A DNA stretch of 40,000 nt from an uncultured Flammeovirgaceae bacterium (GTDB lineage: Bacteria > Bacteroidota > Bacteroidia > Cytophagales > Cyclobacteriaceae), in NCBI GenBank assembly GCA_913050055.1, contig CAJXAT010000002.1, positions 23,633 through 63,632 on the forward strand. Direction: 5' to 3'. How positions within the stretch are numbered: the first letter of the stretch is position 1; each line of letters begins with the position of its first letter. Under the pieces are notes generated by a model. The model did not search any database, was not told the DNA's origin, and saw nothing but the letters and a program-made list of their open reading frames with translations. Positions 1-9,868 of the stretch are shown piece by piece. Made by a program: the position numbers and the translations under genes.

Positions 1-1
1 G

Positions 2-424
2 AAAGCATTTGCCAAAATTTCTACCCGATTGGTCTCCAATCAAAACAGCGATAAGATCACACAAATGATCATCAAATATTTTGAAGAAAATGCACCCAAA
101 TCTGTAAAAGTGAAGGTAACGCCCCATCATGGAGGAACACCCGCAGTAGTTTCTACCCATTCAAATGGGTATCAAGCAGCAAGTAAGGCATTTGCACAAT
201 CCTGGGGAAAAACACCGATCCCGACGATGGAAGGCGGGAGCATCCCAATCGTTGCTCTGTTCATTCAAGAACTGAAAATAGAACCTATCTTAATGGGCTT
301 TGGTCTCGATTCGGATGACATTCATTCACCCAATGAAAGTTATGGCTTATTTAATTATTATAAAGGAATTGAAACTATTGCTTATTTTTACCATCATTTT
401 TCCCAAGTATCAAAAAATAACTAA
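2..424 (+). CDS. M20-family peptidase/dipeptidase, C-terminal part (5' end outside window)
   Basis: Frame is open from base 2 (KAFAKISTRLVSNQNSDKI...); GTPAVVSTHSNGYQAA, EGGSIPIV and FGLDSDDIHSPNE motifs are typical of the M20 C-terminus. Confidence 0.85.
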   Translation, partial: KAFAKISTRLVSNQNSDKITQMIIKYFEENAPKSVKVKVTPHHGGTPAVVSTHSNGYQAASKAFAQSWGKTPIPTMEGGSIPIVALFIQELKIEPILMGFGLDSDDIHSPNESYGLFNYYKGIETIAYFYHHFSQVSKNN

Positions 425-449
425 GGGGTCAATCTATCATTGATAAATT

Positions 450-2414
450 ATGCGCGTTCAATTAATTCTGTTGCTACTTTTAGCTAGTTTTTGGGGTTCA
501 AGTCAAATAATCAAGCCAATCGAATGGCGTCAAAGTATCTCTATTTCAGATGATCAAGCAACGGCTCAAATTATTTTTAATGCGGTCATTGATGCCGATT
601 GGTATTTATATTCCTCTGATTTTGATCCTGAATTAGGTCCTAACGTTACCGAATTTATTTTCACGCCGCATGCGAGTTACAAACTGTTAGGATCTATTCA
701 ACCTCAAGCAGCCTTAAGTGCCTATGATTCTATATTTATGGGTACCTACACCTATTTTAAAAAAACAGGTACGTTTGTTCAAAATATTCAATTAAAAGAT
801 CTCAACTATAGTATTGAGGGCTTCTATAGTTATCAAGTTTGCTCAGATGTTACGGGACTCTGTATACCCCTTGAAGATGATTTCTCTTTTGTTGCACCCT
901 CCATGAGCTCGGCAGCCTTCTCCGAAGAAAAAGCAGGACCAAATGAAAGCGTTTTTGACATGCGAGCAGCCAATGCCCCCTATCCCCTCCTTTCCTTTGT
1001 GCTGATCGCCTTTCTCGCTGGGCTTACGGCCCTCCTTACCCCTTGTGTCTTTCCTATGATTCCTATGACCGTTACTTATTTTACAGGAAAAAATAAAAGT
1101 AAGGCAACGAGAATTAAAAATAGCCTTTTTTATGGTCTATCCATCATCGGAATTCATGTGCTCTTCGGTGCTATTATTGCCCCATTTATGGGGCCAGAAA
1201 TCGCAAATGAATTGGCCACAGGATGGTTTCCAAATGTTTTATTTTTTATTGTATTCGTCTTTTTTGCCCTTTCTTTTTTCGGTCTTTTTGAGATTACTCT
1301 TCCCCACAAATGGGTGAATAAAGTAGATCGAATGGGAGATCAAGGTGGCCTAATCGGTGTCTTTTTTATGGCCTTAACTTTAGTTTTAGTTTCCTTCAGT
1401 TGCACCGGACCCATTGTAGGTACGATATTAGTGGAATCGGCTGGAGGACTGGTACTCAAGCCGATTTTAGGAATGCTGGCTTTTTCTACAGCCTTTGCCA
1501 TCCCATTCATGCTTTTTGCTTTATTTCCCGGCTGGCTCGGATCTCTACCCAAATCAGGAAGTTGGCTCAACTCAGTAAAAGTAGTACTGGGTTTTCTGGA
1601 ATTGGCTTTTGCCTTTAAATTTCTAAGTATCGCTGACCAAGCCTATCACTGGGGCATTTTAGACCGTGAAATTTATTTAGCTCTATGGATTGCTATTTTC
1701 ACCTTATTGAGTTTTTATTTGCTTGGTACCTTTCGAATGCCTGGAGATTCTAAGGCAAAAAATACTTCAGTGTTGGGATTAATTTTAGCCATCATCAGTT
1801 TTTCATTTGTGTTTTATCTCATTCCAGGACTTTTTGGGGCCCCCCTAAAAGGAATGTCTGGCTATTTACCTCCCATCTCAGGACAAGATTTCAATGTAAG
1901 TTCATCAAATCAAACAATACTTAATAACAATTTATCTGGTTTGTGTGAAGCGCCAAAATATAGTGATTTTCTTGAGCTCCCTCATAGACTATCAGGTTAT
2001 TTTGATTTAGAGCAAGCCAAGGAATGTGCTCTTGCGACTGGAAAGCCCATATTTATAGACTTTACAGGCCATGGATGTGTCAACTGCCGAGAAATGGAGG
2101 CGCGTGTATGGTCGGATTCAAGAATTCTCAAACGATTATCTGAAAACTTCATCGTAGTTGCCTTGTATGTAGATGACAAAACGGCTTTGCCAAAGAATCA
2201 ATGGTATAAATCTTCTTACGACGGTAAGACAAAAAAAACGATAGGTAAGCAAAATGCAGATTTACAAATTACCCAATTTAAAAACAATGCTCAACCCCTT
2301 TATATCATCATGACTGCTGAGGGTCAATTGCTTGTCGATCCTATCTCCTATAATTTAGACATTCCATCCTTTCTCTCATTTTTGGACCTTGGGCATACCA
2401 ATTTCAGGAAATAA
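450..2414 (+). CDS. dsbD: Thiol:disulfide interchange protein DsbD (cytochrome c biogenesis transmembrane domain plus thioredoxin-like domain)
   Basis: Signal peptide, N-terminal Cys pair (VCSDVTGLC), TM domain with LTPCVFPMIPMTV and SFSCTGP, C-terminal thioredoxin-like CVNC. Confidence 0.92.
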   Translation: MRVQLILLLLLASFWGSSQIIKPIEWRQSISISDDQATAQIIFNAVIDADWYLYSSDFDPELGPNVTEFIFTPHASYKLLGSIQPQAALSAYDSIFMGTYTYFKKTGTFVQNIQLKDLNYSIEGFYSYQVCSDVTGLCIPLEDDFSFVAPSMSSAAFSEEKAGPNESVFDMRAANAPYPLLSFVLIAFLAGLTALLTPCVFPMIPMTVTYFTGKNKSKATRIKNSLFYGLSIIGIHVLFGAIIAPFMGPEIANELATGWFPNVLFFIVFVFFALSFFGLFEITLPHKWVNKVDRMGDQGGLIGVFFMALTLVLVSFSCTGPIVGTILVESAGGLVLKPILGMLAFSTAFAIPFMLFALFPGWLGSLPKSGSWLNSVKVVLGFLELAFAFKFLSIADQAYHWGILDREIYLALWIAIFTLLSFYLLGTFRMPGDSKAKNTSVLGLILAIISFSFVFYLIPGLFGAPLKGMSGYLPPISGQDFNVSSSNQTILNNNLSGLCEAPKYSDFLELPHRLSGYFDLEQAKECALATGKPIFIDFTGHGCVNCREMEARVWSDSRILKRLSENFIVVALYVDDKTALPKNQWYKSSYDGKTKKTIGKQNADLQITQFKNNAQPLYIIMTAEGQLLVDPISYNLDIPSFLSFLDLGHTNFRK

Positions 2415-2424
2415 GACTACGCAC

Positions 2425-3669
2425 ATGAAAGTCCCTCATATAATCTCTTTATCCCTTTTAGTACTTTTTCATGCTTGTGATTCCGTGGTCAAGCAAGTAC
2501 CCAAAAAAGAGACTATTGAATCCCTCCCGCAGGAAGCTCCAAAGCCAAAATTATTATTTGGCCTTACTGTAGATTCGTCTGGAGTCATAGTAGGGAAAAT
2601 AAAACGAAACCAAACGCTTTCCGCTATTCTTCAAAATTTTGGTGTATCCGATGCCAAAATTTATGCAATTGCCCAGACTTCAAAAAATATTTATGACCTA
2701 CGCAAACTTAACATAGGTAAAAAATATTCGATTATTCATAAAATGGATTCAAATAAGACCGTTGACTATTTTATTTTTGAACCTGATTTGAAATCTTTTG
2801 TTGTTTTTTCCTTAGGTGATTCTATCTATACACGCGTCTACCGTAAGAAGATAGATGTCATTGAAAGAAGTATTGCTGCCGAGATTCATTCATCCCTATA
2901 TGAAACAGCAATAGATATCGGAGCCCCTCCTTTATTGGTAAGTAAACTCGTCGATGTACTTGCTTGGCAAGTTGACTTTTTCAGAATACAAGAAGGAGAT
3001 AAGTTCAAGGTCATTTATGAGGAAGAAAGTATTGAAGGAAAACCTATTGGCATTAAGCAAATCAAGGGTGTCTATTTTGAGCATTTTGATAAGATATTTT
3101 ATGGTATTCGATACAGCGTAGATCAAAAAGAAGATTATTTTGACCGGGACGGTAACAGCTTAAGAAAGACTTTTTTAAGAGCTCCACTGAATTACAGGAG
3201 AATAAGTTCTCGATATTCAGGTCGTCGCTATCATCCTGTTCAAAAAAGATATAAGGCCCATTTAGGAACAGATTATGCAGCCGCTACGGGCACACCCATT
3301 CACTCGGTCGGTGAAGGCGTCGTTGTGGAAGCCAAATATGGGCGCTATAATGGAAATTATGTTAAAATAAAGCATAGTAGTACCTATTCAACCCAATACT
3401 TACACATGCAGAAAATTAAGCGAGGTATCAGGCCAGGCGTCCAAGTTGAACAAGGTCAAACTATTGGATTTGTGGGAAGCACAGGACTGGCCACCGGACC
3501 ACACCTCTGCTTTCGCTTCTGGAAGAATAACAAACAAGTAGATGTATTAAAAGTAGATTTACCTCCTTCAGATCCCATCAATCCCAAAGCACTCAATGAT
3601 TTTTTGCATGAAAAAAATAGGGTTATAAAAAAATTAGAACAATTATCTTTTATAGTTCCGCAAGCATGA
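2425..3669 (+). CDS. M23-family metallopeptidase, predicted lipoprotein/exported
   Basis: ATG at 2425 gives a lipoprotein-like leader (MKVPHIISLSLLVLFHAC); HLGTDYAAATGTPIHSVGEGVV and GSTGLATGPHLCFRFW motifs. Confidence 0.88.
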   Translation: MKVPHIISLSLLVLFHACDSVVKQVPKKETIESLPQEAPKPKLLFGLTVDSSGVIVGKIKRNQTLSAILQNFGVSDAKIYAIAQTSKNIYDLRKLNIGKKYSIIHKMDSNKTVDYFIFEPDLKSFVVFSLGDSIYTRVYRKKIDVIERSIAAEIHSSLYETAIDIGAPPLLVSKLVDVLAWQVDFFRIQEGDKFKVIYEEESIEGKPIGIKQIKGVYFEHFDKIFYGIRYSVDQKEDYFDRDGNSLRKTFLRAPLNYRRISSRYSGRRYHPVQKRYKAHLGTDYAAATGTPIHSVGEGVVVEAKYGRYNGNYVKIKHSSTYSTQYLHMQKIKRGIRPGVQVEQGQTIGFVGSTGLATGPHLCFRFWKNNKQVDVLKVDLPPSDPINPKALNDFLHEKNRVIKKLEQLSFIVPQA

Positions 3670-3711
3670 TTAGAATGCCCCAATAGATTACCAAATTATA
3701 GAACTTAGGTC

Positions 3712-3783
3712 CCCTCTTCTCATTTTTTAGGCCCTAGGATTGTTCAGTGGGTGCTAACATATCTAATCCCTTAGAGAAGAGGG
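3712..3783. repeat. Nested inverted repeat in intergenic region (10-bp outer arms, 5-bp inner arms)
   Basis: ccctcttctc (3712-3721) pairs with gagaagaggg (3774-3783); inner ggatt (3737-3741) pairs with aatcc (3765-3769). Confidence 0.6.
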
Positions 3784-3861
3784 CTTAAATAAAACAAGCC
3801 CAAATTGCCCTCATCTAAACCATTTTTAATATCTTCGATACAATAAAAAAATTATTTCTCT

Positions 3862-4245
3862 ATGAAAAAAATCATTCCTTACTCATTGATAATATTTTCT
3901 TTGTTATCATGTAGAGATGAAGTTAAACTGCAAGGAACATGGGATGCTGTTTGGGAAACTTCACCCGAATCCTTTGGTGAAATAGCGGGTATTGAAAGTT
4001 TTATCATGAATGGTAAGTTTATTTTTCACGGTGATTCCATCACCATCGTTGCTCATGGCTATAAAGGTTGTGTCTTCGGAGTTGATACCATTCAGCATTC
4101 CCAAACATGGAACATACAGAATGATACCCTTTATCTTGTGAATGAAAGCAACCTGCAAGGAATATCTTATTTTGTCAAATCCAAAGATGAAAACTCCATT
4201 GAATTACAACTCATGGAAGACATTTTTATTCATCTTAAAAAATAA
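3862..4245 (+). CDS. Hypothetical lipoprotein
   Basis: ATG start, short hydrophobic leader ending in a Cys (MKKIIPYSLIIFSLLSC), 127 aa; followed 2 nt later by the next gene. Confidence 0.7.
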   Translation: MKKIIPYSLIIFSLLSCRDEVKLQGTWDAVWETSPESFGEIAGIESFIMNGKFIFHGDSITIVAHGYKGCVFGVDTIQHSQTWNIQNDTLYLVNESNLQGISYFVKSKDENSIELQLMEDIFIHLKK

Positions 4246-4247
4246 AT

Positions 4248-4778
4248 ATGAAAAATTATCTCGTCCTACTCTTATTTTCTTTGAGCTCATTTAGCCTGCT
4301 CAGTCAAAGTTTATACGATTACGACATCGATGCTAGGTTACTAGAATTAGGAATTACCCTCAATGAACCGAGTCAGCCTGTAGGCAATTATGTCAACAGC
4401 ATCCGAACAGGAAATCTCATCTATATGGCAGGACTCGGTCCGCTCGGTCCCAATGGATACATAATCGGTAAACTGGGACAAGATTTAAGTATAGCAGAGG
4501 GTTACGACGCGGCTCGGTATACAGCCATCTCTCAATTGACGGCTTTAAAGGCTGAAATAGGAGATCTCAATAAGGTAAAAAGAATCGTTAAAGTATTTGG
4601 CATGGTCAACTCCACCTCCACTTTTACCCAACAACCCGCAGTAATCAATGGTTTCTCAGATTTAATGATAGCCGTTTTTGAAGATAGAGGAAGACACGCC
4701 CGTGCAGCTGTCGGTATGGTTGCCTTACCTATGAATATCTGTCTAGAGATAGAAATGATTGTTGAAGTAGAACCCTAA
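4248..4778 (+). CDS. RidA (YjgF/YER057c/UK114) family protein with N-terminal signal peptide
   Basis: RTGNLIYMAGLGPLGPNG, GRHARAAVGMVALPMNICLEIEMI; signal-like MKNYLVLLLFSLSSFSLLSQ. Confidence 0.85.
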   Translation: MKNYLVLLLFSLSSFSLLSQSLYDYDIDARLLELGITLNEPSQPVGNYVNSIRTGNLIYMAGLGPLGPNGYIIGKLGQDLSIAEGYDAARYTAISQLTALKAEIGDLNKVKRIVKVFGMVNSTSTFTQQPAVINGFSDLMIAVFEDRGRHARAAVGMVALPMNICLEIEMIVEVEP

Positions 4779-4796
4779 GTAGAGGCTCAACCATTT

Positions 4797-5705
4797 TCAT
4801 AGGGACCTTAATGACAACTGTTTTTGTAAAATAGCCATACCTTCATCAAAACTGTGGGGTTTATAATTTAATTCGGTAATGGCTTTATCTAAAATAAATC
4901 CTGTTCTCGCGGGTCGCTGAGCTGGCTGGGTAAATACACTTCCATCTACCTCTTTAATCAGGGACGCATCTAACTTAAAAAAATGCGCTGTTTTTAATGC
5001 CATATCATGGGGAGTAAGCAGATCTTTACCTGATATATTAAAAATTCCTTCTGCCTTTTTTTGTGCAATGGCCATGCAACCCAAAGCCAAGTCTTCAGCC
5101 AAGGTAGGTGTCCTCCATTGGTCATTGATTACTTGTATTTTTTTCCCCTGCTCTAGACTATGCTTTATCCATAAAATTATATTCGACTTTGACATATCAT
5201 GTGCGATTCCATAAACCAAAACCGTGCGGACAATGGCACTTTTGACAGGTGAGGCCTTTAATAAATCTTCTGAAGCTAACTTGCTCTTTCCATAATAACT
5301 TAAGGGATGGGCTAGCGCCTCTTCAGCGTAAGGACCTGCCAAACCATCAAAAATAAAATCTGTCGACAGCTGGATGAGTAAAGCATTTGCCTCAATGCAA
5401 CCCGCTATTAAATATTCTAAAGCCGTTACATTTTGTGACCAGCATGCTTCTTGATGAGTTTCGCATTGATCCACATGCGTCATGGCCGCACAATTGATCA
5501 CCACATCAGGATTAATTTCTTTGAGGACCGTCGACACCTCCTCTCGAGAGGTAACATCTAACTTCCTATATTCATATTTTCCAGGTGGATTACGATTTTC
5601 GCCTCTACTCGTAGCTATAAAAGAAATCTCTTGCAGCGAAGCTGATAGACTGACTAATTTCTGCCCTAATAGGCCATTGGCCCCCGTAACTAATAGCTTC
5701 ATCAT
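4797..5705 (-). CDS. dTDP-4-dehydrorhamnose reductase-like (RmlD) SDR protein
   Basis: MKLLVTGANGLLGQKLV, NPDVVINCAAMTHVDQCE, STDFIFDG, YYGKSKLASE. Confidence 0.82.
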   Translation of the reverse strand: MMKLLVTGANGLLGQKLVSLSASLQEISFIATSRGENRNPPGKYEYRKLDVTSREEVSTVLKEINPDVVINCAAMTHVDQCETHQEACWSQNVTALEYLIAGCIEANALLIQLSTDFIFDGLAGPYAEEALAHPLSYYGKSKLASEDLLKASPVKSAIVRTVLVYGIAHDMSKSNIILWIKHSLEQGKKIQVINDQWRTPTLAEDLALGCMAIAQKKAEGIFNISGKDLLTPHDMALKTAHFFKLDASLIKEVDGSVFTQPAQRPARTGFILDKAITELNYKPHSFDEGMAILQKQLSLRSL

Positions 5706-6541
5706 AATTCTTTAGGATACCTGTAACCATATTTTTCAGTAATTTCTTTTTTAGGTACCTCCTCGATTTCCATGGTCATAAAAAGTTCCTCAATCGGTCG
5801 GTTGGCTCGTCCTACCGATACGCTTGCGATTTGATCAACCACGTCTAAGCCCGCAACCACACGACCAAAAATTGTGTATTCATTATCCAAGTGCGGAGCC
5901 CCTCCCAAGGTCGTGTAAGTTTCCAGTCGATCCAATGCCATGTCTTTGCGCAGTGAAATCCCTTGAACAGACTCCACTAATTCCACATATCTAAGGGCCA
6001 ATTGATTCATTTCTTCAATTTTATTTTCCCTTTGCAAATTGATAAATTGTTGGGCTATGGTATCATAGCTGGGATTCTTCATTAACTCACTCAAACCCTG
6101 ATTTAATGCAAATTGATCTATTGTTAACTCTTCTATGCTGAATATTTTACCATGGACAATATAAAATTGACTTGCCGAAGACATTTTTTCTGGGTTAATG
6201 CGATCAGGTTGCCTGGCTGCAGCTAACGCACCTTTAGTATGCATGAAATCACTCATGATTTCGGCAGGAATACGATCCGCTAAAGATTCCTGTGTCCCTT
6301 CTTTTTCATTGATATTTCCGCCCTGGACCATAAACCCTTTCATAACCCGATGCCACAAAGTACTGTCATACTTTCCCGTCCGCACCAACTCGATAAAGTT
6401 TTTCTTATGGAGTGGTGTTTCGTCGTATAAAAGCACTTTGATGGTTCCAAATTGGGTATTGATATTGACTAAGATATCTTTATCAGAATTACAACCCTGT
6501 AAAACCATCATTAACCCCATTATGATTACTATTTTTTTCAT
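5702..6541 (-). CDS. Cyclophilin-type peptidyl-prolyl cis-trans isomerase, lipoprotein-like
   Basis: NTQFGTIKVLLYDETPLHKKNFIELV, FHRVMKGFMVQGG-like (WHRVMKGFMVQGGN), TIFGRVVAGLDVVDQIA. Confidence 0.88.
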   Translation of the reverse strand: MKKIVIIMGLMMVLQGCNSDKDILVNINTQFGTIKVLLYDETPLHKKNFIELVRTGKYDSTLWHRVMKGFMVQGGNINEKEGTQESLADRIPAEIMSDFMHTKGALAAARQPDRINPEKMSSASQFYIVHGKIFSIEELTIDQFALNQGLSELMKNPSYDTIAQQFINLQRENKIEEMNQLALRYVELVESVQGISLRKDMALDRLETYTTLGGAPHLDNEYTIFGRVVAGLDVVDQIASVSVGRANRPIEELFMTMEIEEVPKKEITEKYGYRYPKEL

Positions 6542-6556
6542 ATTCTTCCCTAAATT

Positions 6557-7471
6557 TCAAATTTGTTCCCTTATCTCTTTTAAAATATTTTGGCCTCCCG
6601 CTTCTAAAACCTCTAAAGCCAAGCAAATTCCAAGATCTTTAGGATCATAACTGGATCGCTTTTTTAATATCTTTTGCTTGCCATCTAGGCTAATGATACC
6701 CCCCCTTAGAATAATGCCATTTTGATCAGAAGTTGCATGTGCAAAAACAGGAATGCTACAACCCCCTTCAAATTTTTCAAGAAAGGCACGTTCTGCGATG
6801 ACCTCGGTCGCCGTGTGCGCATCATTTAACTTCGATGTAATTTGAGCTCTTATTGAAGGGTCTAATGAGCTATGCGCTTCAATGGCAATGCTCCCTTGGC
6901 CCACCGCCGGAACCCATACTTTTTCATCAAAGACATATTGAATCATACTTTCATAATTCATCCTTTGTATCCCAGCATAAGCCAATATCAAGGCATCACA
7001 ATGTCCCGCCTTCATTTTCTCAATTCTTGTCTGCAAGTTTCCTCTCATATCTACCGTTTCTGCATGAGGGTAAAAATGTCTCAGACAGGCCACGCGGCGT
7101 GTTGATGAGGTTCCAATGACAAGCGGTGTAGCTAAATTAACTTTATTTGGACTGATCAAAACATCATTGGGTTGTGCTCTTGGACCAAAGGCAATAATTT
7201 CAAATGATTCAGGCAACACCGATGGCATATCTTTGGCGCTGTGAACGGCTATATCTATTTCTCCATTTTGGAGTTTTTGTTCTAATTCTTCAGTAAAAAC
7301 TCCTTTCGAACCTATTTTAGAAATGGCTACATCCAAAACGCGATCGCCCTGAGTTGATATGGGTGCCAGCTCTGAAGCAATGCCCTCATTAGCCAGTTGG
7401 GTTTTTACCGAATGAGCTTGCCACAAAGCCAGTTTACTTTTACGCGTTCCTATGACAATTGGCCTATCCAC
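6557..7471 (-). CDS. hemC: Hydroxymethylbilane synthase (porphobilinogen deaminase)
   Basis: IGTRKSKLALWQA, VHSAKDMPSVLP, RGNLQTRIEK, FLEKFEGGCSIPVFA. Confidence 0.95.
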   Translation of the reverse strand: MDRPIVIGTRKSKLALWQAHSVKTQLANEGIASELAPISTQGDRVLDVAISKIGSKGVFTEELEQKLQNGEIDIAVHSAKDMPSVLPESFEIIAFGPRAQPNDVLISPNKVNLATPLVIGTSSTRRVACLRHFYPHAETVDMRGNLQTRIEKMKAGHCDALILAYAGIQRMNYESMIQYVFDEKVWVPAVGQGSIAIEAHSSLDPSIRAQITSKLNDAHTATEVIAERAFLEKFEGGCSIPVFAHATSDQNGIILRGGIISLDGKQKILKKRSSYDPKDLGICLALEVLEAGGQNILKEIREQI

Positions 7472-8588
7472 GGTGGGTTCTAATAATATAGGAAAGCCTG
7501 ATACTTAAAGCTAATTGGGCCATCTGTGGATGAGCATGACGCTCTAAATAATACAAGGTTTCTGAAAGATCTTTATAAATGAGTTCAAGTCCTTGAAGAT
7601 TAATAGCATGACTAAATTTCAATATGAACACACGCTCAGCGCCTTGCGAGGAGATTAAATCTTCTGCTCCTTTAACCAAAATTGCATTACGAATCATCTC
7701 GAGTGCCCAACGCATTTTAATCTGTTGTTTTGCCCTTGATATTTGCTTGAATTGCTCACTCATCCGAGATAAAAAGTCATATTTAGCTCCTATACAATTT
7801 CGCATCCAATCAATGAACCAATACAGCTCATCCTCATTACCTTCTTTTAAATCGGCTACTGCATTCGGTAAGCTCCCATTTGAGAACCGATATGCCTTGA
7901 TCGCATCTTCGGCACTAGCACCCTTATTTTTAACCAAGTATCCCATCATTTCGCCCTCTGAAAATGAGGGAACGGTAACCAACTGCAAACGAGAGATAAT
8001 GGTTTTTAGTAAATCTTCATAATGATAAGTAACCATCAAATACAAAGTATTTTCGGGAGGTTCTTCCAACACTTTTAAAATGGCGTTGGCTGCCGCCCCA
8101 TTCATTTTTTCAGGATACCAAATAATCAAAATTTTGAGTCCGCCCTCAAAAGATTTCATATTCACTGTTTGTACAATTTTTTTTGCTTCCGCCTTACTTA
8201 TCTGATTTTGCTTGTTTTCCGTATCCAGTGCACTGATAAGATCGCCCAGAGCAGCATAAGGCTGTTCAATGATCAATTCCCTCCAAACTTCATTCACCCT
8301 AGACTGTTGCTTCCCATCCTCTTTTTCCGGTTTGGCTGAAGGGAAAAAATAATGAACATCAGGATGTATGTGCTTGGCCATTTTTTGACATGTCGGACAA
8401 CTTCCACAAGCATCTGTTGCTTCTTTATTCTCACAGAGTAAATAGGTGGCATAGGCAATGGCCAAAGGCAGGGCCGCACCGCCTTCCTTTCCACTGAATA
8501 ATTGAGCATGTGCCAGATGGTTTCGCTGATATGATAAAACCAATGTTTCTTTTAAGGCGAGCAGTCCCGGAATCTCCTCAAATCTCAT
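7464..8588 (-). CDS. holB: DNA polymerase III subunit delta'
   Basis: MRFEEIPGL..LFSGKEGGAALPLA, Cys-rich CGSCPTCQKM, GAAANAILKVLEEPPENTLYLMV. Confidence 0.88.
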   Translation of the reverse strand: MRFEEIPGLLALKETLVLSYQRNHLAHAQLFSGKEGGAALPLAIAYATYLLCENKEATDACGSCPTCQKMAKHIHPDVHYFFPSAKPEKEDGKQQSRVNEVWRELIIEQPYAALGDLISALDTENKQNQISKAEAKKIVQTVNMKSFEGGLKILIIWYPEKMNGAAANAILKVLEEPPENTLYLMVTYHYEDLLKTIISRLQLVTVPSFSEGEMMGYLVKNKGASAEDAIKAYRFSNGSLPNAVADLKEGNEDELYWFIDWMRNCIGAKYDFLSRMSEQFKQISRAKQQIKMRWALEMIRNAILVKGAEDLISSQGAERVFILKFSHAINLQGLELIYKDLSETLYYLERHAHPQMAQLALSIRLSYIIRTHRG

Positions 8589-8603
8589 CTCTTAATGACT
8601 CGT

Positions 8604-9803
8604 TTACTCATTATTTATTCTTATTTCCCAAGTGCGTTCATCTTGAGTTTGGGTAAACACGTTTTTAAGTATTCCCTTCTGATGGTCCTCTAAATATTTA
8701 CTCCTTCTCCTCATGACCAGATCCGTTGTTTCAAGCATTTTATCAATCCGATGGGTAATAAAACCTTGTTTTACCCCCCAAGAAAAAGAAGGAATTAAAT
8801 TTTTTTGTACTCCAGAACCCAAAATATTTGCTCCCACGCCTACCGTGGTTCCGGTATTGAACTGCGAAGCAATACTGCATTTAGTATAATCCCCCATGAT
8901 CATTCCACAAAACTGTAATCCTGTATCTATGTATTTTTTACTATAAAAATCCCACATCTTAATGGTAGAATAATTCAGCTTCAGATTTGAATTATTCGTT
9001 CCCGCTCCTAAGTTACACCATTCTCCGATGACCGAATTTCCCAAAAATCCATAATGGGCTTTATTGGTAAACCCTTGAATCACTGTTTGAGAGATTTCTC
9101 CACCGACCTTTGAGTGAGGGCCTATGGTCACCTGTTCTCTGATCGCAGCCCCCATTTTAATTTCACTATGCTCATTCATGGCAAATGGTCCGCGAATAAT
9201 GGCACCTTCCCCTATTCTACAATTTTTGCCAATATAGATGGGGCCACGCTCCGCATTAAGGATGGCCGCTCTGATGGTCACTCCGGATTCAATATATATA
9301 TCGGACCCATAAGTGCGGATATGGGGATCTGCGATTGACTGCGATATTTGATCTTGGGTAACTAATTTGAAATCTTTTTTTATCTGTTTCCCATTTTGTA
9401 TGAAAATATCCCATCCATAGTTTATTTGATCTAATGAATCATTCCACTGGATCCAATCGTAGTTTGACCCTGCAAATCCCTCATCGGTATACAGGGCAAT
9501 CATAACGCCTTCGTAAATAATGCCTGTGCCTTTTTTTAACCCTTTAATGGAAGCTACAAGTTGTTCGTTGGGCATTACACTCCCATTGATAACCCATATT
9601 CCAGAGGCATCCCTTGGCTTCGTATATTGGCCCATCAAATAATCCAAAGTAAAATAACCAACCAGATCGGCCTTAAGGTAATGCTCCCATTTTTCTCTAA
9701 TGGTAAGAATCCCCACCCGCAGCTCACATGAAGGCTTCGTGTGGGTCAATGGCCATAACCGTTGATGGCGCTCGGGGTCATCCCAAAATGCTATTTTACG
9801 CAT
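8604..9803 (-). CDS. GlmU-family / putative sugar nucleotidyltransferase with left-handed beta-helix
   Basis: N-terminal LWPLTHTKPSCELRVGILTIREKW; C-terminal hexapeptide repeats (IRGPFAMNEHSEIKMGAAIREQVTIGPHSKVGG). Confidence 0.8.
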   Translation of the reverse strand: MRKIAFWDDPERHQRLWPLTHTKPSCELRVGILTIREKWEHYLKADLVGYFTLDYLMGQYTKPRDASGIWVINGSVMPNEQLVASIKGLKKGTGIIYEGVMIALYTDEGFAGSNYDWIQWNDSLDQINYGWDIFIQNGKQIKKDFKLVTQDQISQSIADPHIRTYGSDIYIESGVTIRAAILNAERGPIYIGKNCRIGEGAIIRGPFAMNEHSEIKMGAAIREQVTIGPHSKVGGEISQTVIQGFTNKAHYGFLGNSVIGEWCNLGAGTNNSNLKLNYSTIKMWDFYSKKYIDTGLQFCGMIMGDYTKCSIASQFNTGTTVGVGANILGSGVQKNLIPSFSWGVKQGFITHRIDKMLETTDLVMRRRSKYLEDHQKGILKNVFTQTQDERTWEIRINNE

Positions 9804-9810
9804 ACCCCAA

Positions 9811-9847
9811 AAATAAAAAAAGTCTCCAAGAATATTCTTGAAGACTT
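9811..9847 (-). terminator. Rho-independent-like terminator downstream of rpmE2
   Basis: Near-perfect hairpin aagtctCcaagaatattcttgAagactt (9820-9847) followed on the minus strand by a T-rich tract. Confidence 0.7.
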
Positions 9848-9868
9848 GCTTTAAATCTTTGCTTATTT

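Noticed and set aside
1132-1317. Short alternative-frame ORFs inside dsbD (1132-1317, 1340-1570, 1400-1618, 1997-2179)
   Set aside because: They lie entirely within a strongly supported CDS and show no protein family signal.
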